Shown here: piece by piece, positions 52,747-64,000 of the stretch
Layout: each line of letters begins with the position of its first letter
How positions within the stretch are numbered: position 1 is the first letter of the stretch
NCBI GenBank assembly: GCA_020137815.1
Contig: CM035351.1
Location: 9,734,001-9,798,000 of the forward strand
Source of the DNA: Hormiphora californensis
Lineage: Eukaryota > Animalia > Ctenophora
Direction of reading: 5' to 3'
Length of the DNA: 64,000 bases
Notes under the pieces: generated by a model
Told to the model about the DNA's origin: nothing
Seen by the model: only the letters and a program-made list of their open reading frames with translations
The model's database searches: none
Position numbers and translations under genes: made by a program

Positions 52747-53252
52747 TATATTGCTGTTATAATGCACCTATACTGTGTCTATACTGTTGCTTACGAAAGT
52801 CCGTCTATATTGCCTGTGTTTATAATGTGTCTAATGTCTATAGTACGTGGGTACTGCGTCTTTAGTGCGATGCCCACAAATCGCAAATTGTCAATTTCTC
52901 CTTAGTTGTCTGTGATTATAATATTCTGAGCATAATTAATCCGTGTTCTGGGGTTCCTGAGGTTCTTGGTCAGTGGCTTGGGAGACCCCCCTTTTTTAGG
53001 GGGCGGAGCGGACACCTATGTGCGAGCTCGATCTCGATCGCTGCGCGACCTCGATCTCGCACGCATGTCACCAAGTTCTCCCATTGTAACAAAAAATATC
53101 TCAGTGATGGATGGGTCGATTTTGAGCGGCAAAAAGGCATAATACTCATAATAATAATAATAATAAAAAACTATTCTCTACTACCTACAACAAACTTGTC
53201 CGATTCTGATTCGGTCCACTCTCACTTTAAGAGCGAAGCTGAAATTCCACTG

Positions 53253-56200
53253 ATGAACGAAAGAGAAACAACACGAGAGCGCTGGACTAGCCGTACAACT
53301 TTCCTATTAGCCTCGATTGGAAGCGCTGTTGGTCTTGGGAACATCTGGAGATTTCCTTACCTTGTTGTTAAGTAAGAGTTACGGTAGGACAGTCGGACCC
53401 CAATTTACCGGGATCTACGGGGGAAGCCATTTTTCTCGGTAAATCGGGGTGCCCGGTATATAGTACATAACTAGTACCAAAAACCAATCAAATTGGTTTG
53501 GATGACCCGGGGCCCAAAGGCGTCGGGATGCGACCTTCACCAGCTACAATAGTGTTTTTCTTGACGCATTTTTAGATTTTCCTACAAAAGTAATGTTTTA
53601 TCCTACCAACATTTTGCATCCCGACGCCTTTGGGCCCCGGGTCATCCAAACCAATTTGATTGGTTTTTGGTACTAGTTTCTCTTCTTTTTGGTATGATGT
53701 TTCTCTTTTTTTGGTAAATCTGCTGCATATACTTCGATCTTTTTACGTCAAACACCAATTCAAAGTTTCTAGTATCAGCCATTCAGCGAATGATTGTATT
53801 AAATCATAAATATGTGCATAGCTTAAGAAGGGTGCGAGATACGACTTTTTGTTCGGGGAACGACCCCCCATAAATCGATAATTCTCCGTCGAATTAGACA
53901 TGTTTCATGTCCCTAACATCAACCAGTTAGAAGATATTCAAGATATGCATAAAATCATAAATATGTGAATAAATCCAGAAGGGTGCGAGATACGACTTTT
54001 TGTTCAGGGAACGACCCCCCATAAATCGACGTTTCCGGTTCGGATAAGCTATAAAAGAAGTCTCTCCGACCACCCAGTCCGGAGATAGGTGGGAAATGCA
54101 TACTTAATTAGGGGATAATTAGGTCTTAATTAAGGTTGTATGAAACGAAAAATATCCTATTACACGCACCCTATCGAGGACTATGACTCCACGAAATTTC
54201 AACTTTGTAGCTTTAACCGTTTTCAAGAGCTAAGCTCCCGGGATTTTGGTGGTATATATATCTATCTATCTATCTATATATAGACGACACTTTTATACCC
54301 GAATTTGACACCCCTACCGTTTCAGCATCTTAGCTTCAATCAGTCTATAAACTTGGATTCCAGCAGTGATAGTAAAAGGAAAGCTGGATACCAAGTTTCA
54401 TAACTCTAGTTCAACTGCATGCTTGTGTAATTTGATCCTGAAATCCGGTCTCGTCGCGTTCGTATGGTACTGCACTGTAGAAGTGAAAGGGAGAGTGTGC
54501 ACTTTAGAGGCTTCTTTCCCCTAGTGTACCTACTTCAAACACACTCATTCTCTCTCTCTAGCTTCGGGGCCTGTCGGCCCCTCGCATTTTTCTTTCTTTC
54601 TTGGAAAGGGGGGGGGGTGGATGGGCCCCGGGGCACTTGCCAGTGCAGTGACTCCCTCCCGCGCGGGCATCTATTCAATAGACGCACTGCAGAGCAGTGC
54701 GTCTATTGAGCTGTAATGCACGGGTCCCGAAGGGACCCGTGCGTTACAGCCCTATAGACCCCGCTGCCTCAAATAGACGCCCGCCCCGCGCGAACAATTT
54801 GCACTGGTCTATTGCGCCGTGCACTGCCGTGAGTTTGTGTCTCGATAGACGCACGCCCTCTGACAGATTTGTGTCAAGATCACAAAGAATCACTGGAAAC
54901 ACGATAAAATGACATGACAAAACATGAGGGAGTGTGTGTACAACCAACTAAGCTCTCTGTCTAGATCTGGCGCCCGCCAGTCTGTTGGCAACTGTTCCTC
55001 TTGACCCACAATTAACTGTTATCTCTCTCTCTGCATTCCACCCTTTTGATTTGTTAAAACGATTGGTACGAGTGTGTAGGAATGTAGAGAGGCACTTTGT
55101 AGCTTCATTTCCAACTATTTGACCCGTTTTGTGTGAGCTCTCTGTTTGAGAACCACGTAAATTGTGCTTGTTTTGCTTCTAGGTGCCCGCCAGCGGGGTC
55201 TATAGAACACAACTCCCTCCCTTGCATGCAGATATACCTGTAAACCCCTCGCTGAGGCTTGGGATTTACAGGGCTGTAACGCACGGGTCCCTTCGGGACC
55301 CGTGCATTACAGCTCAATAGACGCACTGCTCTGCAGTGCGTCTATTGATTATCTGCCCGCGCGGGAGGGAGTTATGTACTATGTAAATCCTGAGCGTCAG
55401 CGAGGGGTTTACAGGTATATCTGCACGCAAGGGAGGGAGTTATGTTCTATAGACCCCGCTGGCGGGCACCTAGAAGCAAAACAAGCACAATTTACGTGGT
55501 TCTCAAACTAACTAAACAGAGAGCTCACACAAAACGGGTCAAACAGTTGGAAATGAAGCTACAGAGTGTCTCTCTACATTCCTACACACTCGTAGCAATC
55601 GTTTTAACAATTCGAAGGGTGGAATGTAGAGAGAGATAACCGTTAATTGTGGGTCAAGAGGAACAGTTGCCAACAGACTGGCCGGCGCCAAATCTAGACA
55701 GAGAGCGTAGTTGGTTGTACAAACACTCCCTCTTGTGTTATCATGTCATTTTATCGTGTTTCCAGTGATTCTTTGTGATTTTTACACAAATCTGTCAGAG
55801 GGCGTGCGTCTATCGAGACACAAACTCACGGCAGCTGCACTGGTCTATTGGGCCGTGCACTAGTGCACGGCCCAATAGACCAGTGCAAATTGTTTGAGCG
55901 CGCCGTGCGTCTATTTGAGCGGGGTCTATATCGCGGTGATGCATTTTGACCCATGCCCATTTAAAGCAGTTTTGATGACACAATAAGCTTTGCTTAGCAT
56001 ATTAAAGTTTGATTGTAAATGAGTGTAAGTTATCGACTCTACTAATCCGGATGAACTCCAAGGCAGGGAAAAAATAAAAGCCTGTCTAACGAAACCTGCA
56101 AAATCTTGCATTTCGTAAACACCCGAAATTTATAAAGGTCTTAGAAAACAGGGGTTTCTAAAATTAAACGTTTTTTTGTGCAGGCATGGTGGAGCTGCTT

Positions 56201-59200
56201 TTATCATAGCATATGTGGTGGTTCTGTTACTTATCGCTCTTCCCCTGCTAACTCTGGAGTTATCACTTGGTCAAAAGTATCAGGGAGGCGCAGCTGATGT
56301 CTTTGGTGCTCTCAACCCAAGATTTAGGTATGAACATTCATTATATGCCAAATGGATCTACTGGGGGTTGTGGGGGATTATTGATGCTTCATTTACTGTC
56401 CTAGAGGTTTTTAGTCAATCAATCAATCAATCAATCAATCAAAACTGCCGCTGGCAGTGGCATTGCACCGAAATAAACATATAATATGAAGCAAACCACT
56501 AAACCAGCCACACAGACCAAACTGAGTGAGGATGCAGGGTGACGTAACAGGGTCGTCAGCACGAAGACGGTTAGGTCTTATGTGTGCTTTGAACCTGCTA
56601 CCCCACCCTGGTCCCCACTATGTCTTTACAAAACTGAAAACCAAAACAATAGTATAAAAGTATAAAACATTAAATAAATCCACATCTAAAACAGTATCTT
56701 ATTCATCACTCTCACTAAATATCTCTCTCGACACTTCTCACGTCTCACTCACTACAATAAAACCTCTTCTAATTCTCCAAACTTTATAAAGTTCATCATC
56801 TCTTCTCTCCCTCAGTTTAGCGACTAATTCTCGTCTCTCAGTTCTCTCCTCTACTGATCTGTCTGGTGCAACAAACACTGACTGATACTGGTCTGGGTCT
56901 TTCAGTGTCGCTAATTTTCCACAAAATAGTCCTGGCAATTTCTCTGTTCCTCAGCACCACCCGCACTGGCCGCACTCCCTCACCACCTCTCTTACCAAGT
57001 CGTGCCACCTCTGTTAACACTGGCGCTTCAGACAAGTGTTCAAATAGCTTCTTTAATAAAGTACTGTCACTTTGCTGATCACTCTCTGCGAGACCATACA
57101 CCATCAGGTTGCTAGTGCGATCAACTGAAGCACTGGCAATTGCTATTCTGAGTTTGCTAAGAGCAAGGGCAGATACGCAGGTCTGGTTCACAGCAGTAGC
57201 AGCTGTCTGGAGAACAGCCGAGTAATTCTGAATCTCGTCTTTAACAACTGTCTGTACAGCAGTCACACTCTTCTCTAGCATGGATCTTTCAAGGCACTGA
57301 TCTCTGATTGCCCCCATCAGAATGTCGCTCGGCAATTTCCGCATTGGCTCGGTGATTGGTTCGGTAACAACAGGTGGTTTGCCGAGCCATGCGGCCTTGT
57401 GCGGTAAGTTTTCGGGGACCTCCTTGACTCTCCGAACCACTGGTTCGGCGAACCACCTGTTGTCACCGAACCAATCACCGAGCCAATGCGGAAATTGCCG
57501 AGCGACATTCTGATGAGGGTGCAGTTCAATGATCTTGGAATCACGTTCTAATAACACATCTGTAGCACTGTCAAGGCGGTCACGGGTGTGGTCCAGATGC
57601 TCCATAAGCTTCTCTTTCGATTCATCGCTACACACAGAACTATTCTCCTTCACTCTCATGTCAGCTGATAACAACTCCTTCCTAGCTAATCGACTGAGAG
57701 GAAGTGCACGAAACCAGAGCAAACCAGCCATGTCAGAAAGAAGCTGTACTTTCTTGTTCGTGTCTAGACTTGAGAGGTGTTTGTTGGTCAATTTATTCGG
57801 ATCAAACTCGCCACCTTCCTTGTTAGGGTCAGGGTACCCAGCGACTCGCCTCAATGTGGATAAGATAGACGTCTCTAGCCGACTGTAATCAGAAGACATA
57901 GCATAAGCACGGTTTCCCGGACCGCCCTGTTGCCAGGTAGTGAAGGCACGATCCAACTTGGAGGCCATGTTCGTACGCGTGTACAACGGTGCAAGATCAA
58001 AAACTATCAGGAGTGAGTTTTTCGAACGAAACTGATAAGAGATATGTGAGAAGTGAATGATATGTGAGAAGTGGCAACCAAATCACATATACATCCGGGA
58101 GGATCAAGATTTAAATGCGTGACACTCATGCCAAACTGGTTACTGGTTACTGGGTGTGCGAGAGTCAAGGGGTACGGCAGTTAGTTAGACAGTTATACAC
58201 ACATCTAACTGTTTCCCGCTTCTCTAACAACTCACACAGAAGTTTAACAAGTTGTCCCTGGGCCTCCACCAATGCTCGCTGAGAAGCAATCATCTCCACC
58301 TGACTATCCAATAACTTCCTCTCACTATCCTCAACTTCATTACTCAGGCAGTCAAGTACAGGGTAGCACACCTTCTCCTCGAATATTTTAAGAGCCGGCT
58401 TTTTGATTCCCTTGATCTTACTTTTACTTGGACACTTCAAGCTACCCCACACACTACGACTGGCTGAAAAACTCTTGGGAAAGGGATCCTTTATACTCGT
58501 AAGACTGAACAGATCATTCGCCAGGTTAATAAGTTCACCATGTACTTCACAATGGACACTCCTTTGCACCCTTTCATTTTCATCACTATGCACTCTCAAC
58601 CGGTCCTTGAAGCTTCAAGCAGAAGCATTACTCATAGCTGTTGAGCACAGGGAGAGATTGATATCTCACAATAGGAGAGATCATCAAGCTGTATAAAAAT
58701 AAGAGACAGCTCAAACTGTGACAAAATGTGATGTGAGAACTGAAATATAACAAAAATCCAAATAAGTTTAAAACTTAAGTGCAAAATATGTGGGGGTGGT
58801 GGGTAACATTTTTTTTGTTGGAAAGTTTGGTATGAGTGCAGTCATGCCCATGACCCCCCCCCCCCCCCCCCCCCCCCGATACATCTTATCCTTAGACGAT
58901 GAGCTACCGATTGAGCACTGTATAAAGTTTAAAATACGTACCGGCTCCTTTCCGGTGGCGTTTGCAAAACTCTGGGAATTTTTCAGCGGCAGCATTACTT
59001 GCGGTGTCATCACACTAAATTTCGAGCACCTGAGATGGCCGTATATTATTCAAAACACGGGAAGAGAACTGTTCATTGAAAAAGATAAAACTAGTTGGAA
59101 GTCTCTATCTCTTATTATAGGTCCCAAGATTTCGAGACACGACATTCTTTCTGTAACGACCTAATATTAACCATTTTTGTTTATGTTTTAGAGGCATTGG

Positions 59201-62200
59201 GTTGGCTTCAGCGATCTCTTCATTTATCCTTTCTACCTATTATTGTGTTATTTTGGCATGGGCTGCACTTTATTTCTTCGAAAGCATGATACCAGATCTC
59301 CCATATTCTGGAATTACTAGAAACATGACCAACGTGTCTTATGAGGATATGATAAATGCGTCAAAAGAACACTTCTCTCAAACCCATTATGGTAAGTACA
59401 TATAATTACAAGGAATGTCAACCCAAATTTTGAAGTTTATTTTGAACACTCGGCCATCGTAACAAGCATGCTATTGAGTCCCGTTTACAAGGGGACCCCA
59501 ACTTTAGGCGCTTCCCCTTGGCTCACCTGGGGCCGGGGGGGGGGGGGGGGGCGGACCTATGTTTTTGCTTGCCAAGGGTTTTCATAAGTAGGTATGGCTG
59601 CGCCAAGTTGGTATGGAAGCGTTATAGGGACTTTAACGCTTTAAATAAATAGTAGGGTAGCCAGTAGCCACTGGCTATTTATAACACTTTTTCACTTTTT
59701 TCCTTTTTGTGTCTATAAATCAAGTCGAACCCAAAATGTTTGACCTTATATTACCAAGACAGTCCCTTGCTAATTTTTGGGGTGGTTTGAGATGTCTCAT
59801 TTTGTCTTCCGGGGACCGGGTCACGTGATAGCTATCCAAATTTGATTCGCACCGACAAAAGTGGTAATTGTTGCGGCGATTGCCGTACCCAAACCCATAA
59901 GGGGTAGGTCGTGAAAAACTTTCAAAATAAGGGGTATGCAGATCTCGGTATGTAATAACAAGCAGTATAAAGGTGTTCTAGGTTGCGTTCGAAAGCTCTC
60001 GAGGTCCTGAAATCGGTGAAAGTAATTGGAATGTAATTGGAAGTAATTACATGTAATTAAATGTAATTTACGGGTAATTACATGTAATTATTAGGTCTAA
60101 ATGACCCAAAATATATGTTGACATATTTGGAAGCCCTAAAACCAGCGGGTGGCCACATTTAATCCGGTTTCTGGTCGGCTGACGTAAAAACTCCGCATTT
60201 TGGTCGAGATAATATAATTGGGAAGTTTGTTTTTAACAGTAATTTATGTTTCGAGAGATGGAAATGGCGATTTTTCAAATTAGCTGTAAACTACGCTTTG
60301 GAGGGTTTGGAGCGTGTCGAGATTCTTCCGACCTGCCGGGGCCGCTATTACAGGGCCTCGCTATTACATTACTGTAATAGTGAGTTATTACAGTAGCGTG
60401 TCGAGATTCTTCCGACCTGCCTCAGAATCATTAAACTTTCTGTTCCCGAATCTAAGCTGGTTTTGGGTACGAAATCGACCAATTACATCAAACAAATTAA
60501 CATACCTTTCAGGTGCGAACACGGTTGAAAATATAGAAAATACGTTCAACTTCTTCGGGTTTGGAACACTGCTTCTTATATGGCTAGTCGTTTACCTCTC
60601 TATCTTCAAAGGAATTAGGGTGGTTAGTCACATTGTCAAAGTGACCGCCACCGCTCCAATTTTCATCATTGGTATTCTTGCTATAATGGGTAAGAATGAT
60701 ACGTTTTGTACTTAGAAATCAGAATGAATATTATTCAGAGGTAAAATAATGGGGTTAGAGTCAGCCTACAGGAAAAAAATGTTAGACCACATGTGGAATC
60801 GAAGGCCGGAAAAACACTGATGAGACGTTTCCAACACTACCAAAACAATTTTACCTATGTATAAATTATAATGAATAGTCCCAAGCCTATTGGTACCTAC
60901 ATAGAATGATAAGGCTGCTGTAGCATTGCTGACTGAGAGCCCAATTCCTTATTCCAGGAGCCTTTCAAGATGGTGCTGGCGATGGCCTTTGGAACTATAT
61001 TGGCAAAGTTGAGCTAAATTATCTAGGGAAAAAGGATATTTGGATTGATGCTATTGGACAGGCTTTCTTCTCAATTGGTCTGTGTATGGGTTCTATTCCC
61101 GCAATGGCAAGTTACAATCCCCTCAATAGACCTGTGTCCACAGATGGGAAAATTATCTGTGCAAGGTAAGACTGAAATTTTGGTTAATCATGTTTAGGAT
61201 GCATCGCCAATTAGCGCCAAATATTGGCGATGAGCAATTGGTGCCAAGTTGGTGCCAATATTTGGCGATGTGCAAATGGGAGACCGGTGCACTGGTCTGT
61301 CAGCTGTTCATTTTTTCCCTGCCCGGGTGAATGCCGGATGCCTTTTTACTTTGTAAAAAGGCATAGCAGGGTTAGAACTCGAAAACGACATTTTGGTATA
61401 CTAACTAATCGGTAGAGGGACCATTTTAGTCACACTTTCGTTGCGAGGGGCAACCCGGTACCACCCGGTGTACTCAGCGTAGCAACTGAGCCGTGCACAC
61501 AACAACAAGTTGCTCCTTTATTTTTCTTCGGAGCGGAGGTGCGATTGGTCGCCATACTACACAGTCTGTCCATTCGGGCTCGCGTAAGCTGACACCGGGC
61601 CGAAGGCCCGGTGTGAAAGCTGACTGACTAGGAACATGCCAAGCGATTGAGTTTCTACAACAATATTTTACAGTAAACAGTACTTCCAAACTAATTTTTC
61701 TTTGCAGTGATCTAGTAGTTGCGTTGCTTAGTGGAATAAGCGTTTACACTATGCTAGGATTTGTGAAAACCAAATGTAAAGAAACGGCTTTGGATATTTC
61801 GAAATGCAACGATATTTATGAAACAGGAAGTTTTGGACTAGCATTTGTCATCTACCCTGTTGGAATTTCTAACTCAACTGCGTCTCACTTATGGGGACTG
61901 CTATTCTTTGGATGCCTTTTGTTTCTTGGTATTGACAGTGCCTATGCAATGGTAATTTCCCTCACGACTGTTCTTGAAGATGCTTGGTTTTGCAGAAGGT
62001 TGAACCTAAAGAAGCCTGTACTTAACGGAGTCGTGTGTGTAACTGGTTTCTTTCTCGGGACCATCTACCTTTTCGATTCTGGATTTTTTTATTTAGATAT
62101 TGCTGATCACTTTGTGACCAGCTGGTGTTTGTTACTTCTTGGATTTCTTGAAACTGTCGCTGTTGGATGGTAAGTTATCACTGCGTTATTTGTAGATCTC

Positions 62201-64000
62201 ATTGAGATCGATCGAAAACTTAAAGGTCATTTTTTGATTGGTTGCGAAATGAAGGAGCTATTATACAATGCGCATATCAAAGGTTGACAAGATACCTAAA
62301 ACTTTTTTTCTATCTTATTTTTTCGATTTATCCGATGTGCGTGTTACACTGAATCTTCAGACTTTTGAAACTTAAGTCAATGACCCCGAGCACTCGAGCA
62401 GGGTATACATTCCAAATTTAAAGTTAAACGGATGCAAAGGAGCCACGCTATAGCCTTCTGAAAACTGGTTTTTCAGTCAAACACCCGTAAAACGTATATA
62501 AGCTGTGCGGCGCGGTACCGAGACCGGTGCTTTTCAGAAATATCAGTTCAGTAGGGCACGGCGGGGGATATTGGGGCAAAACTAATGCACTGTGCTGCCA
62601 ATTTTCGATTTGCCGCATACGGCGTCTAGACGGATGTAGCAACGCCGTCTAGACGGTCTCTAAAATCCGCTAAAAACTGTACAAAATTGCTTGAAACGGA
62701 GTAAAAGGTGTTTGATCAAGCTTGAGACGGGTTATAGACGGTATCAGACGGTGTTGCAACGGTATCAGACGGTCTCTAGACGGTACCGTTTCGGTGTCTA
62801 GAAGGTGTCTATATATGAACTATGAACGCTGTAGCTTGGCGCGTTATCAAGTTGGCTGTCGCAAAATCTCGCGACTCGGTTTCAAATACCGTCAAAACAA
62901 CTTCTACAGCGATTTCGATACAAATACCATCTAAACAACGTTTCAAGTACAGTCGGACCACGATTTATCGGCCCCCGATTTAACGGCAGGAAAATCTTCT
63001 CCCTATGTAGGAAATTAACAGTATTTGACCCCATCTAGACACCATCTAGACACCTTCTAGACCCCATCTAGAGACCGTCTGATACCGTTGCAACACCGTC
63101 TGATATACCGTCTATGACCCGTCTCAAGTTTGATTAAGCACCTTTTACTCCGTTTCAAGCAATTGTGTACCGTTTTTTGCGGATTTTATCTAAACCCGTC
63201 TAAACGGTTTAGGGGTCAGCAGTCAGCAGTCAGCACAAACCAAAGTTTAAATTAAAATTAAAATTTTGATTTTGACGCCGCACGTTAAAATTTCTCTCCC
63301 CCATTCTAAAAGTAACAATCTCGCGATGATTTTGTCATCCAACGCGACCGTTGAAATGGTGCGGGAGATTGTTACTTTTAGAATGGGGAGAGAAATTTTA
63401 ACAGCGCTAGTGTGCGGCGTCAAAATCAAAACTTTAATTTTACTTTTGGTGTGTGCTGACCCATACCGTCTAGATGGCGTTGCTACACCGTCTAGACGCC
63501 GTATAATGCGGCAAATCGAAAATTGCCCACTAACCTTTACAGCTAATTTAATCATTGCAGCTGCAAGTTATCAATATTTTATTTTCCAAAATGTTCAGGT
63601 TGTTTCGAGTGAAGGACCAATTCGCGAAGGTTGGATATTTCTCAGTCATTCTTTATGACATTTGCTTTTTCGTGTCCATCACACTTGGGGTCATTATTGC
63701 TCTGAGTGGAAACAAGGACAGCGACGTGGATGTAATTTGGGTGGGGGTTTTCATAGGAGCGTTTGTTTGGATTTTCGGTCTTGTGGCCGCTGTATTGCTC
63801 TCAAAAAACAAGAGCAGGGGAGGAGGTATCCTGGAAAAAGTGTGGGATATTGCTGGATGGCATGGTCCTGATGTAATTCGGAACGTGATAAATAGCGAGT
63901 ACTGTGCAGATTGGATACCTAACGAACGGTTTGCGGAGATGCAGGCCTGTATTCGGGTAAATTACGTGTCAATTACACATGGTTTTCTTGTTAAGTACAT
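53253..64000 (+). CDS. SLC6/NSS (SNF family) sodium-dependent transporter, 3' end beyond the window; exons 53253-53371, 56184-56327, 59192-59391, 60513-60689, 60958-61165, 61708-62169, 63599->64000
   Basis: [74 protein letters not shown]; all junctions are GT-AG and in phase. Confidence 0.93.
54651..55930. repeat. Hairpin-rich compound inverted repeat A-B-C-A'-C'-B' in SLC6 intron 1
   Basis: A 54651-54752 / A' 55271-55372; B 54753-55204 / B' 55448-55930; C 55205-55270 / C' 55383-55447. Confidence 0.85.
56415..58750 (-). mobile_element. Non-LTR element with CR1/L2-type ORF1 only, chimeric; (gatt)n tail
   Basis: [10 protein letters not shown]...RLGK....RPVRV.L...[20 protein letters not shown]1 motifs, then about 300 bp of UTR and a (gatt)n tail, with no RT. 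Confidence 0.75.
57311..57519. mobile_element. EnSpm/CACTA-like palindromic MITE inside ORF1
   Basis: ccc(c/t)catcagaatgtcgctcgg arms; 2-bp TG duplication. Confidence 0.7.
63213..63461. mobile_element. Short palindromic MITE (gggtcagc...gctgaccc), nested in the Mutator-like MITE
   Basis: About 100-bp inverted arms. Confidence 0.6.

Larger units (their letters stand above)
44858..52892. mobile_element. 8-kb Mutator-like foldback element, copy 2, with nested insertions
   Basis: GGCAATTTGCGATTTG...CAAATCGCAAATTGTC termini; exact 9-bp TSD aatttctcc; arms homologous to 15308-17618. Confidence 0.8.

Overview
Intron-rich, repeat-dense animal genomic DNA, not prokaryotic. Several repeat families resemble ones I recall from ctenophore (Pleurobrachia-type) genomes, but I have not verified this. 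I assembled four spliced host genes by eye: (1) a minus-strand gene with a p25-alpha/TPPP-like domain and two RFX X-box-like motifs just upstream; (2) a rhodopsin-class GPCR; (3) a METTL24/FkbM-like methyltransferase with a signal anchor; (4) an atypical SLC6/NSS transporter that runs off the window end. Introns and intergenic DNA are packed with nested non-autonomous palindromic DNA elements: Merlin-like (8-bp TSD), Mutator-like (9-bp TSD), Kolobok-like (TTAA), Tc1/pogo-like (TA), EnSpm-like (2-bp TSD) and Helentron-associated HINE-like. There are also LINE fragments and two Penelope-like (Naiad-type) elements carrying minimal hammerhead ribozymes. The most unusual signals are: two independent minisatellites that amplify a real splice site (12 acceptors in the GPCR, 11 donors in the methyltransferase, with only the exon-proximal copy giving an open frame); a modular GGCAGGT-ended foldback family with interchangeable repeat tiers and cores; retroelement ends sitting at foldback symmetry centres; and a hairpin-dense cassette present as two inverted, circularly permuted copies. 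All coordinates and splice models were read manually and are unverified by RNA data.
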